Positions 32,268 through 43,400 of a stretch of DNA of 64,000 bases are shown piece by piece. A program made the translations under genes and the position numbers. Positions within the stretch are counted from its first letter, which is position 1. The number at the start of each line of letters is the position of its first letter. The notes below the pieces were generated by a model. That model worked only from the letters and a program-made list of their open reading frames with translations. It ran no database searches and had not been told where the DNA came from. This DNA comes from a virus: positions 29,085 through 93,084 of IMG/VR virus record IMGVR_UViG_3300035698_004821; one strand, given 5' to 3'.

Positions 32268-34531
32268 TGTCTAACTGCATAAACATAAACGGTCTAGAGA
32301 TCCTCCCTCAGGAGGATACGTTACTTGTACACTACAGTGTGACGTGTACTGGTACATGGTATTTGGCGCAGCTATCTACAGCGTACCGTAATGTCTGCGA
32401 CACTGAGTGGACTGTGATGTACCCTAACCATCAGCATCCCCGCCACACAGACTTCCCCATCGTTGTTACTCAACCTCCGTACCCTGCAACATTCGCGTGG
32501 AACTATGGGGGCATACAAGGTATATTAGCAGAGAGCTTTGATGAACAACACTCGTACCTAGTTCAGCTGACCATATTTAACTACGATTGTTTTAACACAG
32601 GACAAGTAAACACAGGAGAACCGCCTGGTAGTGGCGGAACCACCGGTGAACCTACGGGGCAGACTACTGGTCAACCTGGTACTGGAGGAGGAGGCCCTAG
32701 TGGACCTAGTGGACCTGGGCCAGGTATTCCATCAGGACCAGCGCCGGGACAACCAAGTGGCCCCTCTAATCCTGGTGGTGGCGCCCCTGGAGCCCCAGCT
32801 CCAGGAGGAACAAACCCTGGAAGACCTACTACAGGAGGACCAGGAAGACCAACAACCGGAGGCAACCCTAAAGTGCCTGGGGCTCCGCCACCCGTAAGAA
32901 GACCAGGAGGACCAACAACCGGAGGCAACCCTAAAGTGCCTGGTGCTTTGCCACCTGGAACAGGTGGCGGCCTTCCTGGTACTTCTGGAGAGCCTACTGG
33001 TACTAAACCTATCGTACCTCCTCCCCTAGTTAATGAGCGAATCCCATGGGTGTACTATACACCACACCCTGACCCTACAACACCTGTAGACCCAGGTCTG
33101 CTTGGAATTCAAATAGAAAATACAACACCTGTAACTAACAATACTAGCTATAACACGAATGTGGCACTAACATTTAACAGACCTAGTAATGCTGAACCAG
33201 GTGAAACACTGAACCCCAATATTAACTTTGTCTCAATATCCACATCACCTGCTATACCTGGCGAGCCTAACAACAACATAGGTACACCTCAGCTGACGTC
33301 TAATGTAAACTTTAACCAGGTCAACGCCTCCAGCGAAGGCAGTATACCTGGGTCCCTATCATCCAGACTCATTGGGGACAGGGTTGTTGGTAAAGCGACA
33401 GTGAATCAGATTAATACGTCCAGCCTGGAGACATCCGCATTCATGGATGTCCTGGTAGCTAGTGAGGTCGTGACTATAGGTGAGCCAATAGTTATCTCTT
33501 GTGTCTTCGCACCGCCTACGGCTATGCAAGCCAGAGCAACCATTACTGTGCAGGATGGCAACCACAACGTGACTGTGGGGAGTACGTCTCTGCTTGAGGT
33601 GTCCACAACACTGCCACTCACATGTGGTACCTCCACCCTCTCATCCCTGTACAACTTAGGTGAGCTAGTAGTCACTTGCATCATACGTGACATGAATGAC
33701 ATGGTCATTGGTATCAAGTCTATCTTAGTCTCCAACATAGAGGGGGTTAACAATGGTGTGTACCAAAGCTCTAAGGTAACTATCTCTGAGGCTATACCTT
33801 CTACCATATGTAATCATGGGGGTATGTCCAATGAACCTGTTACTCTAGACCTATCTAATAACAGGACTAAGTACGTTCTACTAACTGCAGAGACATCTGC
33901 TTCCAACTTCTCATCTGTATTACAGACGGATGGAGCTGAACAAACACCATACTCCATGTCTGTGTTCGTTCCCTCTGGAGGAGGGGGGTTCGAGGAGATC
34001 TTCTTAACTTACGATGAGGAAGAGGAGACTCTTAATGTACCTAAACTTAGTGGTGAATTTAGCTTCATATCTTCTCAAAGTGTTTTCTCTAGTTCCTCTA
34101 GGTACACTATTAATGAGGCAGAAGTCTACCCACACACACATACAGTGGGTATTGCTAATGCAACTATACCCTCAGCAACTAATGTGGCTGTCAAACTATC
34201 TGCTACGTCTACGAGTACGGCAGAATATGGTAAGCTGTACATCTCATCTGAGTTTTCCCTGAGAACAGCAAGTGGGGCTGCAACTGCCACTACTGTCACG
34301 GCCTACTTGCCTTACGGATCTGAGACCTATGGTCTCATACTTCACGGCAAGGCGTCTGGCCAAGTACCACCCACGTATACACCTAACTTGACGATGACTA
34401 GTAATGATGGCATTGGAGTGTGGAGCGGAGTAGCGCTAGCAGACGGTGACTACTACTCAGTTGTTTCCAGCATTAACAACGTCGTAAACCCATTCAAGTT
34501 ACCTGTGCTCACAAGCATCTACACACCATGA
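32267..34531 (+). CDS. Structural protein with long Pro/Gly-rich low-complexity segment
   Basis: About 140-aa PG-rich tract (GPSGPSGPGP, PTTGG repeats) between a Cys-containing N-domain and beta-rich C-domains. Confidence 0.65.
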   Translation: MSNCININGLEILPQEDTLLVHYSVTCTGTWYLAQLSTAYRNVCDTEWTVMYPNHQHPRHTDFPIVVTQPPYPATFAWNYGGIQGILAESFDEQHSYLVQLTIFNYDCFNTGQVNTGEPPGSGGTTGEPTGQTTGQPGTGGGGPSGPSGPGPGIPSGPAPGQPSGPSNPGGGAPGAPAPGGTNPGRPTTGGPGRPTTGGNPKVPGAPPPVRRPGGPTTGGNPKVPGALPPGTGGGLPGTSGEPTGTKPIVPPPLVNERIPWVYYTPHPDPTTPVDPGLLGIQIENTTPVTNNTSYNTNVALTFNRPSNAEPGETLNPNINFVSISTSPAIPGEPNNNIGTPQLTSNVNFNQVNASSEGSIPGSLSSRLIGDRVVGKATVNQINTSSLETSAFMDVLVASEVVTIGEPIVISCVFAPPTAMQARATITVQDGNHNVTVGSTSLLEVSTTLPLTCGTSTLSSLYNLGELVVTCIIRDMNDMVIGIKSILVSNIEGVNNGVYQSSKVTISEAIPSTICNHGGMSNEPVTLDLSNNRTKYVLLTAETSASNFSSVLQTDGAEQTPYSMSVFVPSGGGGFEEIFLTYDEEEETLNVPKLSGEFSFISSQSVFSSSSRYTINEAEVYPHTHTVGIANATIPSATNVAVKLSATSTSTAEYGKLYISSEFSLRTASGAATATTVTAYLPYGSETYGLILHGKASGQVPPTYTPNLTMTSNDGIGVWSGVALADGDYYSVVSSINNVVNPFKLPVLTSIYTP
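32847..32943 (+). repeat. 34-bp exact direct repeat (63-bp period) encoding PTTGGNPKVPG
   Basis: gaccaacaaccggaggcaaccctaaagtgcctgg at 32847-32880 and 32910-32943. Confidence 0.9.
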
Positions 34532-35559
34532 CAAAAATAAGAGACGAGAACTTCTCAGATCCTTCTGAAATAAACATGCATCCGTGTGTGACATCAGACC
34601 GGTGGCTTAATGCCGTGCCGGAAACTGTTGTTATAAACCAAGTGTGTCAGGACGTTTACAACACCTCTCTAGTAATTTTTAATATCTCACTAGTTGGTGC
34701 CTTCCTCTTCTCGCCCACTCTGAAGATTACGGCTGTAGACGGAGACGTGTCTTACTCCACTAATAGCGTCTCAGCTCCCTTCGCCCAAGGACACTACAAG
34801 AACCCAGAGATACCCATCAACACAAACTGCGCTACGTGGCACGGTCAGTTAGTCTTTGATGTTGGTTCTGTAATAGCTGAGTACTTGAGTGCAGCCACTA
34901 TAGAGTTCGTACTAGAGATGCAAGGCCAGGTTCCCCTGTCTTACAATGTTAGCTACCCAGCACAGACGGCTGTAACTACATTCGTATGGAACAAGGGTAT
35001 TATTCCCTCCCCCGTAAACCTAACGTATGTAGAGGGTAGTCTTGGCGTTACATTCGAGTATAATGGTGAAGTGGATTGCGCCTGTGACATTAGCTGTAGT
35101 GTCGCCTCTGGCGTCACCCAGAACATTACCTTCTGCCCTGGTGAGATGCAGACAGTTATACTATACCAGGACCCAAACTCCACTGATCCCTTCTCAGTAC
35201 TAATTCAGTTATCTGATACGATAGGTAACAACTCTAGCTTGGAGTTCCAGACTGTATTCAATACTGAACCTAAGCCACCTATTGTGACCAAAGGTGACAA
35301 ACCCAAAAGAGTTAGTGTGGGTATATTAAAGCAGTCCGCTAATAATGTAGAGATTGATGCTGTTGTGCAGTACCAAGTTTTAAAGTACGTAGGCTCTCCT
35401 GCTAATGCAACAGTATGGAAAGACTGGTCTAGACATGATTGGTCTAACTTCGTTGATTATGATGTGCTGCCGAGGCAGTCATACGGATACGCCTTAAAGT
35501 TTAAGGGGTTATTCGATGATGAGTCTCAGCTATCTGAGTGGTCTGAGATTACAATATGA
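34528..35559 (+). CDS. Structural protein with C-terminal fibronectin type III-like domain
   Basis: YQVLK...FVDYDVLPRQSYGYAL...ESQLSEW matches the FN3 C-terminal pattern. Confidence 0.6.
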   Translation: MTKIRDENFSDPSEINMHPCVTSDRWLNAVPETVVINQVCQDVYNTSLVIFNISLVGAFLFSPTLKITAVDGDVSYSTNSVSAPFAQGHYKNPEIPINTNCATWHGQLVFDVGSVIAEYLSAATIEFVLEMQGQVPLSYNVSYPAQTAVTTFVWNKGIIPSPVNLTYVEGSLGVTFEYNGEVDCACDISCSVASGVTQNITFCPGEMQTVILYQDPNSTDPFSVLIQLSDTIGNNSSLEFQTVFNTEPKPPIVTKGDKPKRVSVGILKQSANNVEIDAVVQYQVLKYVGSPANATVWKDWSRHDWSNFVDYDVLPRQSYGYALKFKGLFDDESQLSEWSEITI

Positions 35560-38500
35560 CATTCTATCCTGAAAAAGGCAACTACTCCATAGAGGAATTC
35601 GATAGCTCAGTAGGGGCTGTTTTTGATAGCCCATCCCTTCAAGGTGTGATAGGCGGGTACGTAACACTGAAGTCTTTGAAGACGGGTACCTCCAGCTACA
35701 TAAGCACATGGAACACGGATATAAGTTGGACTATTAGTGACAGCCTGTACTCAGAGGCTACGATTGGCACTACCTTCGATTTATTCACGGGTCAGATACC
35801 ACCCCTTACAAACACTGTGGTAGGTACCTGGGGTGTTGAGCCGAACACCACAGCCTGGCAATTCAATACGCCTTACCCTACATTCCTTACTGGATACGGA
35901 TACTCTGGTAGAGGTGACTTCGTCTTAGCACTTACAGAGGGAGGACCTAATCCTCTCCTCTCTGACGCCCAAGACGCTGGGTCTCAAGCGACCACCTTTG
36001 AGTTTGATGTCTCTTCTGACATCCTCTACTCAGGTCAGCTTCCTCTTCTTGGGTTCTCAGCAACGGGTAATAGCCTAAGTGGGCTACCTCCTCTTACTGG
36101 GTTCGTTAACCATGGCTTGCTCTTCTGTGATGGTACTCGCTGGGACTATATAGAGATATCACCTTATGGCGTTAGATCTCTCAACCACCCTGAGATAGCC
36201 ATACCCATAAACATGTACTCACCTAAAAAGGTGAGAGTTGGCTTCCGGGGCTTTGACCTTTTCATTGCTACTGAGGATGGAAGATCAGTTGCGGGCTACA
36301 ACAAGTTTGATACTGAAATAGACACGCCCCCTATCCCAGCCTTTGCCGCCTTCGGTGCACCCTCCTCTGAGGCCTTCTACTCTGTAGGTAATGGTATCAT
36401 GTCTGATGTAGACGCGACAGTAGGTCGCTCAACATGGGACAACATAAAGGTAGTCACAGGTGAGATGTCTATCCACCAGCTAAATGGTGCAGAACAGCTG
36501 TACACTACTAGTACGAGTACCATGTACTCCGCACCATTTGATCCTGGTGTCAACCTAAACTCATACCTATATGCTAATGTTGTCTCCGTTCCTTTCCAAG
36601 GAGGAGAGACAATTGTAACTGCACAGTCATCTGGCGTAGCCGGGTGGGAGATTCAAAACTCGGTTACCCTAAGTACAGGTACAGTAGACAGCCTAGACCT
36701 ATCCAACTTCCCGGTTGTATCTTACCCACGAACTGCGGGCGGAACAGACTACCTCTCCAACCCCATACGGTTTAAGATAGATCAAAGATCATACAACGGT
36801 GACTCTCTCCCGCCTGCTGTCGAGTCTATTGAGATCTTTGCCAACAAAGCGAACCTCCATATTGACATGCTACCAGACTGGAAGCAAGTTGGGGACTACG
36901 TACAGGCTAAGATCTATGTGCAGACAGGCACCTTCTTAACAGACGACCCTACGCCACAGCTCTGGTCCTCACTCCTATTCAATACGCCTACTGTAACAGG
37001 TAGGTATGCCTCCACTGCCATAGCAGATGAGTCAGCTAGTATAGATGTGAATGTTGTGGGCACTGGAGAGGTTAACCTGAGAGGTCCTTTCGGCGCAAGC
37101 TTCAAGAACTTTGTTGATGTCAGTCGATCAGGAGTAGCGGGTAGTGAAGCCTTCCAAGCTTTCGGTGGTCAACCCACTTTCAACTTCTTCCCCAACCCTC
37201 TCTTCTCAGAGGGATTCAGGTACCTAACCTCTGGGGATTCAAACTACTATACAGGTCAATCTGAAGGCGAGATAGCCAAAGACCTGCAGCTGGCTGCTAC
37301 GTATACAGGCTCACATAACATAGAGCTAAGTAAGCAGTCCGTCTACCGTCCTGAGACTCAGGCTAGAGTCAGCAAGATCAATAGCTACCTAGGAAGAACA
37401 TCTTCACCTAATGAAGAATACCTGCAGTCGGTACACATACTAGACAACGGCCTCAGCCACGATGGCACTGTTGGTATCGAAGCAGTCATACCTTCTGGCA
37501 TAGCTACTGGTGACTTGAAGGTCACCTTTGATCTTGAGATAGTACAAGGCACTGGAATAGAAGTAACCCTAGTAGGTAGTAGCGTGACACCGTTCGCACT
37601 ACCAGGAGAGTTCTTCAGAACTTACCGCACCGTGGGCTTCCCAGTAACCAACGCAAATGACTTTGAATTCCTTGTCAGGTTTAATGTACCATCTGGACAC
37701 CCTGCGCAAGACTATCAGTTCAATATAGACAATCTAACTGTCTCTGCATGCGACTCTAGCTATCTTACAGCTAAGGGCTTAGAAGGCTACACACATCAAT
37801 CAGGTGTGGCTAACGCTGAGACTCCTTCTGCTCCTCCACCTGGTAAAGCAGCAACAGTATTCAACTCGTCTATTTACCTCTACTCGTATCCTCAAGCGCA
37901 AGGCACGTTACTAAATCTAACTGGGGATAACGGTAGGGGTTTAGACATTTCTATAGATTCATCAGGCTACATAACTGCAGCCATGGATATGATAAGTAAC
38001 GCATGGTCCTTGAATGAGTCATCGCAGCCACTCTTCGAAGAACTAGGTCAAGAGACCATGACATCCCATGTCCCTCTGCCTCTAGGTAGGTGGACCAGTG
38101 TTGGGTTCCTGCACAATGCCGACTCATACAGTGGGTGGACTCACTCAACTAGCAGTGGTGACGGTCAGTCCTGGAACTTCGCATCCACCAACAGGTCATA
38201 CCTAACTATCGATGGGCACCCAACTGCGTCTATTGATATGATGTCTGGATGGAGGGACAAGGTAGACTACCGCGATAGAGCTTATCCTTGGGTAACATAC
38301 GTTGACTTAACGGGAGCTGTTCAGGCTACATTCGCATCAGGTATGCAGTGCGAGATAGACGCCCTACACATTCAAAGACCACCATCCGCAGATGTGGAGA
38401 CGGACCTAGCACTAAAGGGTGCCAGAGCCTACGTCCCCTACATGGTACCAGACAGCTTGTACCTACCAAATAACATAGTGGATAACCACCTTATTACAGG

Positions 38501-40418
38501 CGCTGTTCCAGAAGACAGGCTCATAGGTAGTTGCTACAACTTCTCATCCCCAAACCACACAGAGTGGGATAGGGGTTACCTTAAGAACCACCTTATCTAC
38601 CACGGCACAGTGAGTAAGGACATACTTTCTCCTTACGATGGCCAAGAGCTATACTCAACTAGATTCCACAGTGGGTCTTATGGCGTCGCCCCTTATAGTA
38701 GCTCTTACGAGAAGCTACAGAATAATACTGGACAACAGTACCTAGATGATGCAGAGACTAACTTAGCTCAGGGACATATACGTGCAGCAGGCTGGTTGTA
38801 CCCAAGAACCACTGGGGTATTTCTTACCTTATACGAAGACAGTAGTAACCTTACTGGATCTAGATTCGAACTGACGGTAAGTAGTGATCAGTACATCACA
38901 GCCAATAAGTACGATAGCAAGACCAACTCTATAGCCATTACGGAGCAAGGTCAACCGGTTAGTCTGTCTGGTTGGTCCTTTGTTAACGTCCTCTATGATA
39001 TGGATCCGGGTTACCTTACTTTTGGAGACACCTCAACAGCGACTATATGGTTAGCCAATGAATCAGGTATGGTTAACACGCCTCATGCCAGTACTGGTGT
39101 AGATTTCGGACTGAACTACAGGAACGACCTGAAGTCAGAGTTCCACTTCGGTGGAGGCGCTGACTGCAACATGTTCAACTGGATCCTGCCCATACCATCC
39201 ACTGGCGAAGCAAGTATAATTAGAAACCTACATGGTGATCATGCTAAGAGCGGTCGCTTCCAAACAGCGACACTGGGCAACGTTGCATTCACAGGCGTGC
39301 AGACCTACTCGACATATGGCTACGGATACATCCACCTAGGCCCGGGTAACACAGGAGAGGACTACTACTTTGGTCTGGCCATGCACAACAGCTATGACAC
39401 ACTACCTAGGCTGGGTGGCATAGTGGCCTACGATGATAAGCCCTTCCGTGAAGTGAACAGCTACAACATGCTGTACAACACAGCATCTGTGGACACAGCA
39501 TTCGGTTCCACCACCTCGCCCATTAGGTTAGGTAACCAGGTGCCTGAGGCTGGTATCAACATAGCCAGAGTCAGTAGCCCAACATACACAGTCTCGTCTA
39601 GCATAGCTAGCATCGACCTCTCAGATAGTAACGTCAACAACCTCGTGACCTATCGCAATGGCAGGTATGACATTGGTGGCGCTCAGATAACAGACCCTTC
39701 TGTTGTCACCGGCTACCTGGGAACCAACACACCCATCTACTCTGGTAGATACGACCTGACTATATCAGGTCAGGTTCTGTCTTCTGACGTTGAGATATCT
39801 ACTATCCAGATTACAGATCAGGAAACTAACACGTATGATAAGGCTTACTACTACTACCTAGTAGGCAGAGGAGACAGAGCTGTTAAGTCTCTAGGTACTT
39901 TCCCTCACTACACCGGTCAGATTTATGAGGACTCTACAGGAGAAGTCGTAGACAGGTACACCGCAAATTTACAGAGGATCAAAAATAGCATCAAGCTTAA
40001 GAATGCCAAGGGCGACGTCATAGATAAACAATTATATCCTTACGACATAGCTATTAGCACATACACTCCTGATGACCTGTACTACTCAGCCCTTAGTGGG
40101 GAGAATATCTACCTTGATAACATTGGTGGGTACGCTTCTGGCAAGGTCCTACCTGATTCTATATTCACAGTTATCTTACTAACAAGCAAGAACACACTTC
40201 CTGGACAGTCAGTTTTCGTTCACTACGACTCATATGACATCTATAGCAAGGAGGAGGCAGCATCTTACAAGGAGATTGTTAACCCCCAACCTATATTCCG
40301 AGAGAAACACTCGCAGGAAACCCCGAACATCGGTTACTTCTCCCTAGACCTCAACGAGAGTAACTACTACGACCTGACATTTTACGGACTAGCAACAGGA
40401 TACAGTGGGCAACTTTAA
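35556..40418 (+). CDS. Very large structural protein with LamG/concanavalin-like domains (1620 aa)
   Basis: LPLGRWTSVGF..YLTIDG and AAGWLYP..SGWSFVNV are LamG-like segments. Confidence 0.6.
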   Translation: MTFYPEKGNYSIEEFDSSVGAVFDSPSLQGVIGGYVTLKSLKTGTSSYISTWNTDISWTISDSLYSEATIGTTFDLFTGQIPPLTNTVVGTWGVEPNTTAWQFNTPYPTFLTGYGYSGRGDFVLALTEGGPNPLLSDAQDAGSQATTFEFDVSSDILYSGQLPLLGFSATGNSLSGLPPLTGFVNHGLLFCDGTRWDYIEISPYGVRSLNHPEIAIPINMYSPKKVRVGFRGFDLFIATEDGRSVAGYNKFDTEIDTPPIPAFAAFGAPSSEAFYSVGNGIMSDVDATVGRSTWDNIKVVTGEMSIHQLNGAEQLYTTSTSTMYSAPFDPGVNLNSYLYANVVSVPFQGGETIVTAQSSGVAGWEIQNSVTLSTGTVDSLDLSNFPVVSYPRTAGGTDYLSNPIRFKIDQRSYNGDSLPPAVESIEIFANKANLHIDMLPDWKQVGDYVQAKIYVQTGTFLTDDPTPQLWSSLLFNTPTVTGRYASTAIADESASIDVNVVGTGEVNLRGPFGASFKNFVDVSRSGVAGSEAFQAFGGQPTFNFFPNPLFSEGFRYLTSGDSNYYTGQSEGEIAKDLQLAATYTGSHNIELSKQSVYRPETQARVSKINSYLGRTSSPNEEYLQSVHILDNGLSHDGTVGIEAVIPSGIATGDLKVTFDLEIVQGTGIEVTLVGSSVTPFALPGEFFRTYRTVGFPVTNANDFEFLVRFNVPSGHPAQDYQFNIDNLTVSACDSSYLTAKGLEGYTHQSGVANAETPSAPPPGKAATVFNSSIYLYSYPQAQGTLLNLTGDNGRGLDISIDSSGYITAAMDMISNAWSLNESSQPLFEELGQETMTSHVPLPLGRWTSVGFLHNADSYSGWTHSTSSGDGQSWNFASTNRSYLTIDGHPTASIDMMSGWRDKVDYRDRAYPWVTYVDLTGAVQATFASGMQCEIDALHIQRPPSADVETDLALKGARAYVPYMVPDSLYLPNNIVDNHLITGAVPEDRLIGSCYNFSSPNHTEWDRGYLKNHLIYHGTVSKDILSPYDGQELYSTRFHSGSYGVAPYSSSYEKLQNNTGQQYLDDAETNLAQGHIRAAGWLYPRTTGVFLTLYEDSSNLTGSRFELTVSSDQYITANKYDSKTNSIAITEQGQPVSLSGWSFVNVLYDMDPGYLTFGDTSTATIWLANESGMVNTPHASTGVDFGLNYRNDLKSEFHFGGGADCNMFNWILPIPSTGEASIIRNLHGDHAKSGRFQTATLGNVAFTGVQTYSTYGYGYIHLGPGNTGEDYYFGLAMHNSYDTLPRLGGIVAYDDKPFREVNSYNMLYNTASVDTAFGSTTSPIRLGNQVPEAGINIARVSSPTYTVSSSIASIDLSDSNVNNLVTYRNGRYDIGGAQITDPSVVTGYLGTNTPIYSGRYDLTISGQVLSSDVEISTIQITDQETNTYDKAYYYYLVGRGDRAVKSLGTFPHYTGQIYEDSTGEVVDRYTANLQRIKNSIKLKNAKGDVIDKQLYPYDIAISTYTPDDLYYSALSGENIYLDNIGGYASGKVLPDSIFTVILLTSKNTLPGQSVFVHYDSYDIYSKEEAASYKEIVNPQPIFREKHSQETPNIGYFSLDLNESNYYDLTFYGLATGYSGQL

Positions 40419-43400
40419 TTTAAAAAATGTAGAATTCTGCAGGCAGGCTCTTCTTCAGAAGATGACCAGGCCACTGCCAGTCTTAGTGCTATACCCTAAG
40501 AACTCTACGGACACCTCACTCTATGTGCAAGTCGTAGACAACGCCACAGTCATAGCTATTCGCTACGTGTCTAGTGTCGTCACCAACGCGTCAGTGGACT
40601 TCGTTGGAAAGTCAGTTGAGGATGTGGTTCAGGAGATCAACCAGCTGAACCTACCTATCAGGGCGGCCACTGTACACAACACACTGTACCTTAACCAAGG
40701 GGATATAGTCTCTACTGGAGCTGGCTACGTGGAACTACCTGATAGCTTCACTGCCTACGACAGAGTAGACCAGTCGGGTGTTGTACTGAGAGCAAAGAAG
40801 CTAGCCGTAAGACACAAGAGCAATAGTAAGATACGTACCTTGGCGCCCTACGCTGAGAGCGCCTCCCTCCCTTGGTACCCGAGAATCACTCAGGGTTCCT
40901 TCAGCCAGAAGTATAACAACAAGCTGTACCACTTCTACATCCCAGAGTTCGATAACCAATCTTGGTCGTCTCGGTATGGCAAGCCTTTCAAGGACCTCTA
41001 TGGTGTTAAGCCAGTTCTGAAAGGTGAGAACGTTTACCAGCTACCTAGGTTCCCCGTCTACTGGGACGGCCAGAACATAACACTGTACAACGGTGACGTA
41101 CCTATATCTGAATCAGCTATAGAAGACATTGATGTAAACAATGGCCTGCTGTACACCAAGCCAGGTGTCTACCTCCAAGACGGGTTCTCCGTGGACTACT
41201 CCTACCTTGAGAAGTCGTACGTCTACAAAGAGATCAACGTCAACGGACACTTTAGTCAGAACCCTTTGATCCTAGACAAGTACGTTGTCATCTACATACT
41301 GCCCGCCAAGAGCAACCAAGGCATACGTAAGAGATCTGTCTTCCACACCATTGGGGATTCAATAGACCAAGCCATAGACTCTATTCAGCTAGACGACTCT
41401 AGCACTCCTATTGCAATCATAGGTGCTTACAACATACAGCAACTCTTCAGCTCAGACAAGGTATCTATCCTAGATACCAGAGGCAAGGGTGGTGGACTGA
41501 AACTTACGGATGGGCCAAGAAGCCCTATCCATGACATGGACCCATCCCTTGAGCCGGAAGGGACACCCATTGAAGACTTGTACCAAGAGTCCTACCGTTA
41601 CTGGGACATTGGTAACTACGATGGTGAAGCCTACCCAGGTGCAGCAGCCGTAGCTGTTGACTTGCCCATTGACCTACAAGAGGTACTATCCATAAGCGAC
41701 ATCAAGGCCAAGACTAGTAAGTACATGGCCGCCGGAGTATACCCCTCAATCAAGTATACCAAGAGAGACCTACCGTCGGTCACGGGCATGTCAGCTCAAG
41801 CCAGCTGCGCATATAACCTAGACTTGTCATGCGTGCATACAGCTTTGGTCAGTGAAGCAAAGATATACGAAAGTATACCTAGCTCGTTCACAGGTGGTGG
41901 CTGGTTGTACGAGTCGTACAATAACCCTGTCTCAATCATCTCTGGAGATTGGGATGAGTTCCAGCCTACTTTTGATATATCCTCAACTGACCCAGCGACT
42001 ATAGAGGTAAACACAACTACTGGAGTAGTCATGCCTTATTTGAAAAGCACATCATGGGCTGGCGTTTCATGGGAAGAGAGAGAAGTAGTGTACAACGCAG
42101 GCGCCCTAGAGGAGCCAGTAACGTACACACCATGGAAAGAAGTCAGGTACTACGACGTTAAAACAGTGGCCACAGGCCAGTTGGTCAAGACGTACCTGTC
42201 CCTAGATCCAGAGAGTGTTGTCAAGCAGTACAGGCACATAAATATTAACAGCCCTATACTCACTGGTAACCTGCCTCAGCTGCTAGAGGATAGCATTGTT
42301 GACATTGTTGATAACACCTTAGCCCTGCAGGTTGGCACAGATAACACCATAGACTATGCTACACCGCTAGCACGCAGGTACACCAACGTACTCGATAAGA
42401 CTGAGACCACTACTGCTGACGACTTCATACTTATAGACGGACTGTACAAGCACCTCTTCAAGATGGGTAACACACCTCTAGAAGATAAGTACTACGATAG
42501 GCTGTACCAGATAGGTGAGGACTTCATTAATGGAGGGACGTACACGGATGGTCACTACCTAAAGCCATACATCCAGAACATCGATAGCTATGTCACTGTT
42601 GCCACAAATCAGGCGTACTCTATCTTTAACTTTAATGACCCACTCAAGGCACTGAACGGTTACCTCAACATGCGTACCCGAAAAGGCCAATGGTCTGGGG
42701 CATGTGATGCTGGAGCCCAAGCATCCATAGGTTTAGCCTACGACTTGATGCAGTCCACTCTTGTTAGTGGCCCCTTTGAGAGAGGCATACCTATATACTG
42801 GACATACTTCCCACAAAATATACCCGATGGATACACACAAGACCTACTTAGTGGGTTCCTCTTAGAGGATCCATTTGATACAGTAGGTACCCTTAGTGAT
42901 GTGGTCACGGAACACAACGCCGATGCCACATTCAACTTCTCATTACCTGCCTTAATGTCAACATGTGTAGCTAATAGTGGTGAGCTAGTTACTGACGTCA
43001 ACGCTCAGTCTGTATGGACTGAGGCGTATGACCTAACTGTGCAGTCTACCGTGAATAACATTGATATAGCGATTAACGAGCAACGCACACTTAGTGGACT
43101 ACCTACGACGACTCACTGGTTCGTAGGGCACAATAGACTTGGCTCATACTTGGGCAACACTCTATTCAATATGGTAGAGGCTTACGGTTACGTTAGTGAA
43201 TACAACGTTTCTAGAGAGTCTATTACAGATGTTAGGTCACCAGCCGGTGCTAGTGCCAACGATCTGAACTACATGTTCTCTGGTATAGAGACTGTGCTTG
43301 AGGCTGGATACGATGCGGTTTACCACAACCTCCTAAGAGGTGGTGTTGTAGAGCCCGACATGGCGCTAACACTGTACGGTTACGGTTGGTACCTCAACAA

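Noticed and set aside
32620-33030. Collagen-like domain or CRISPR-like repeat
   Set aside because: No sustained Gly-X-Y period; only two in-frame repeat copies within a CDS.
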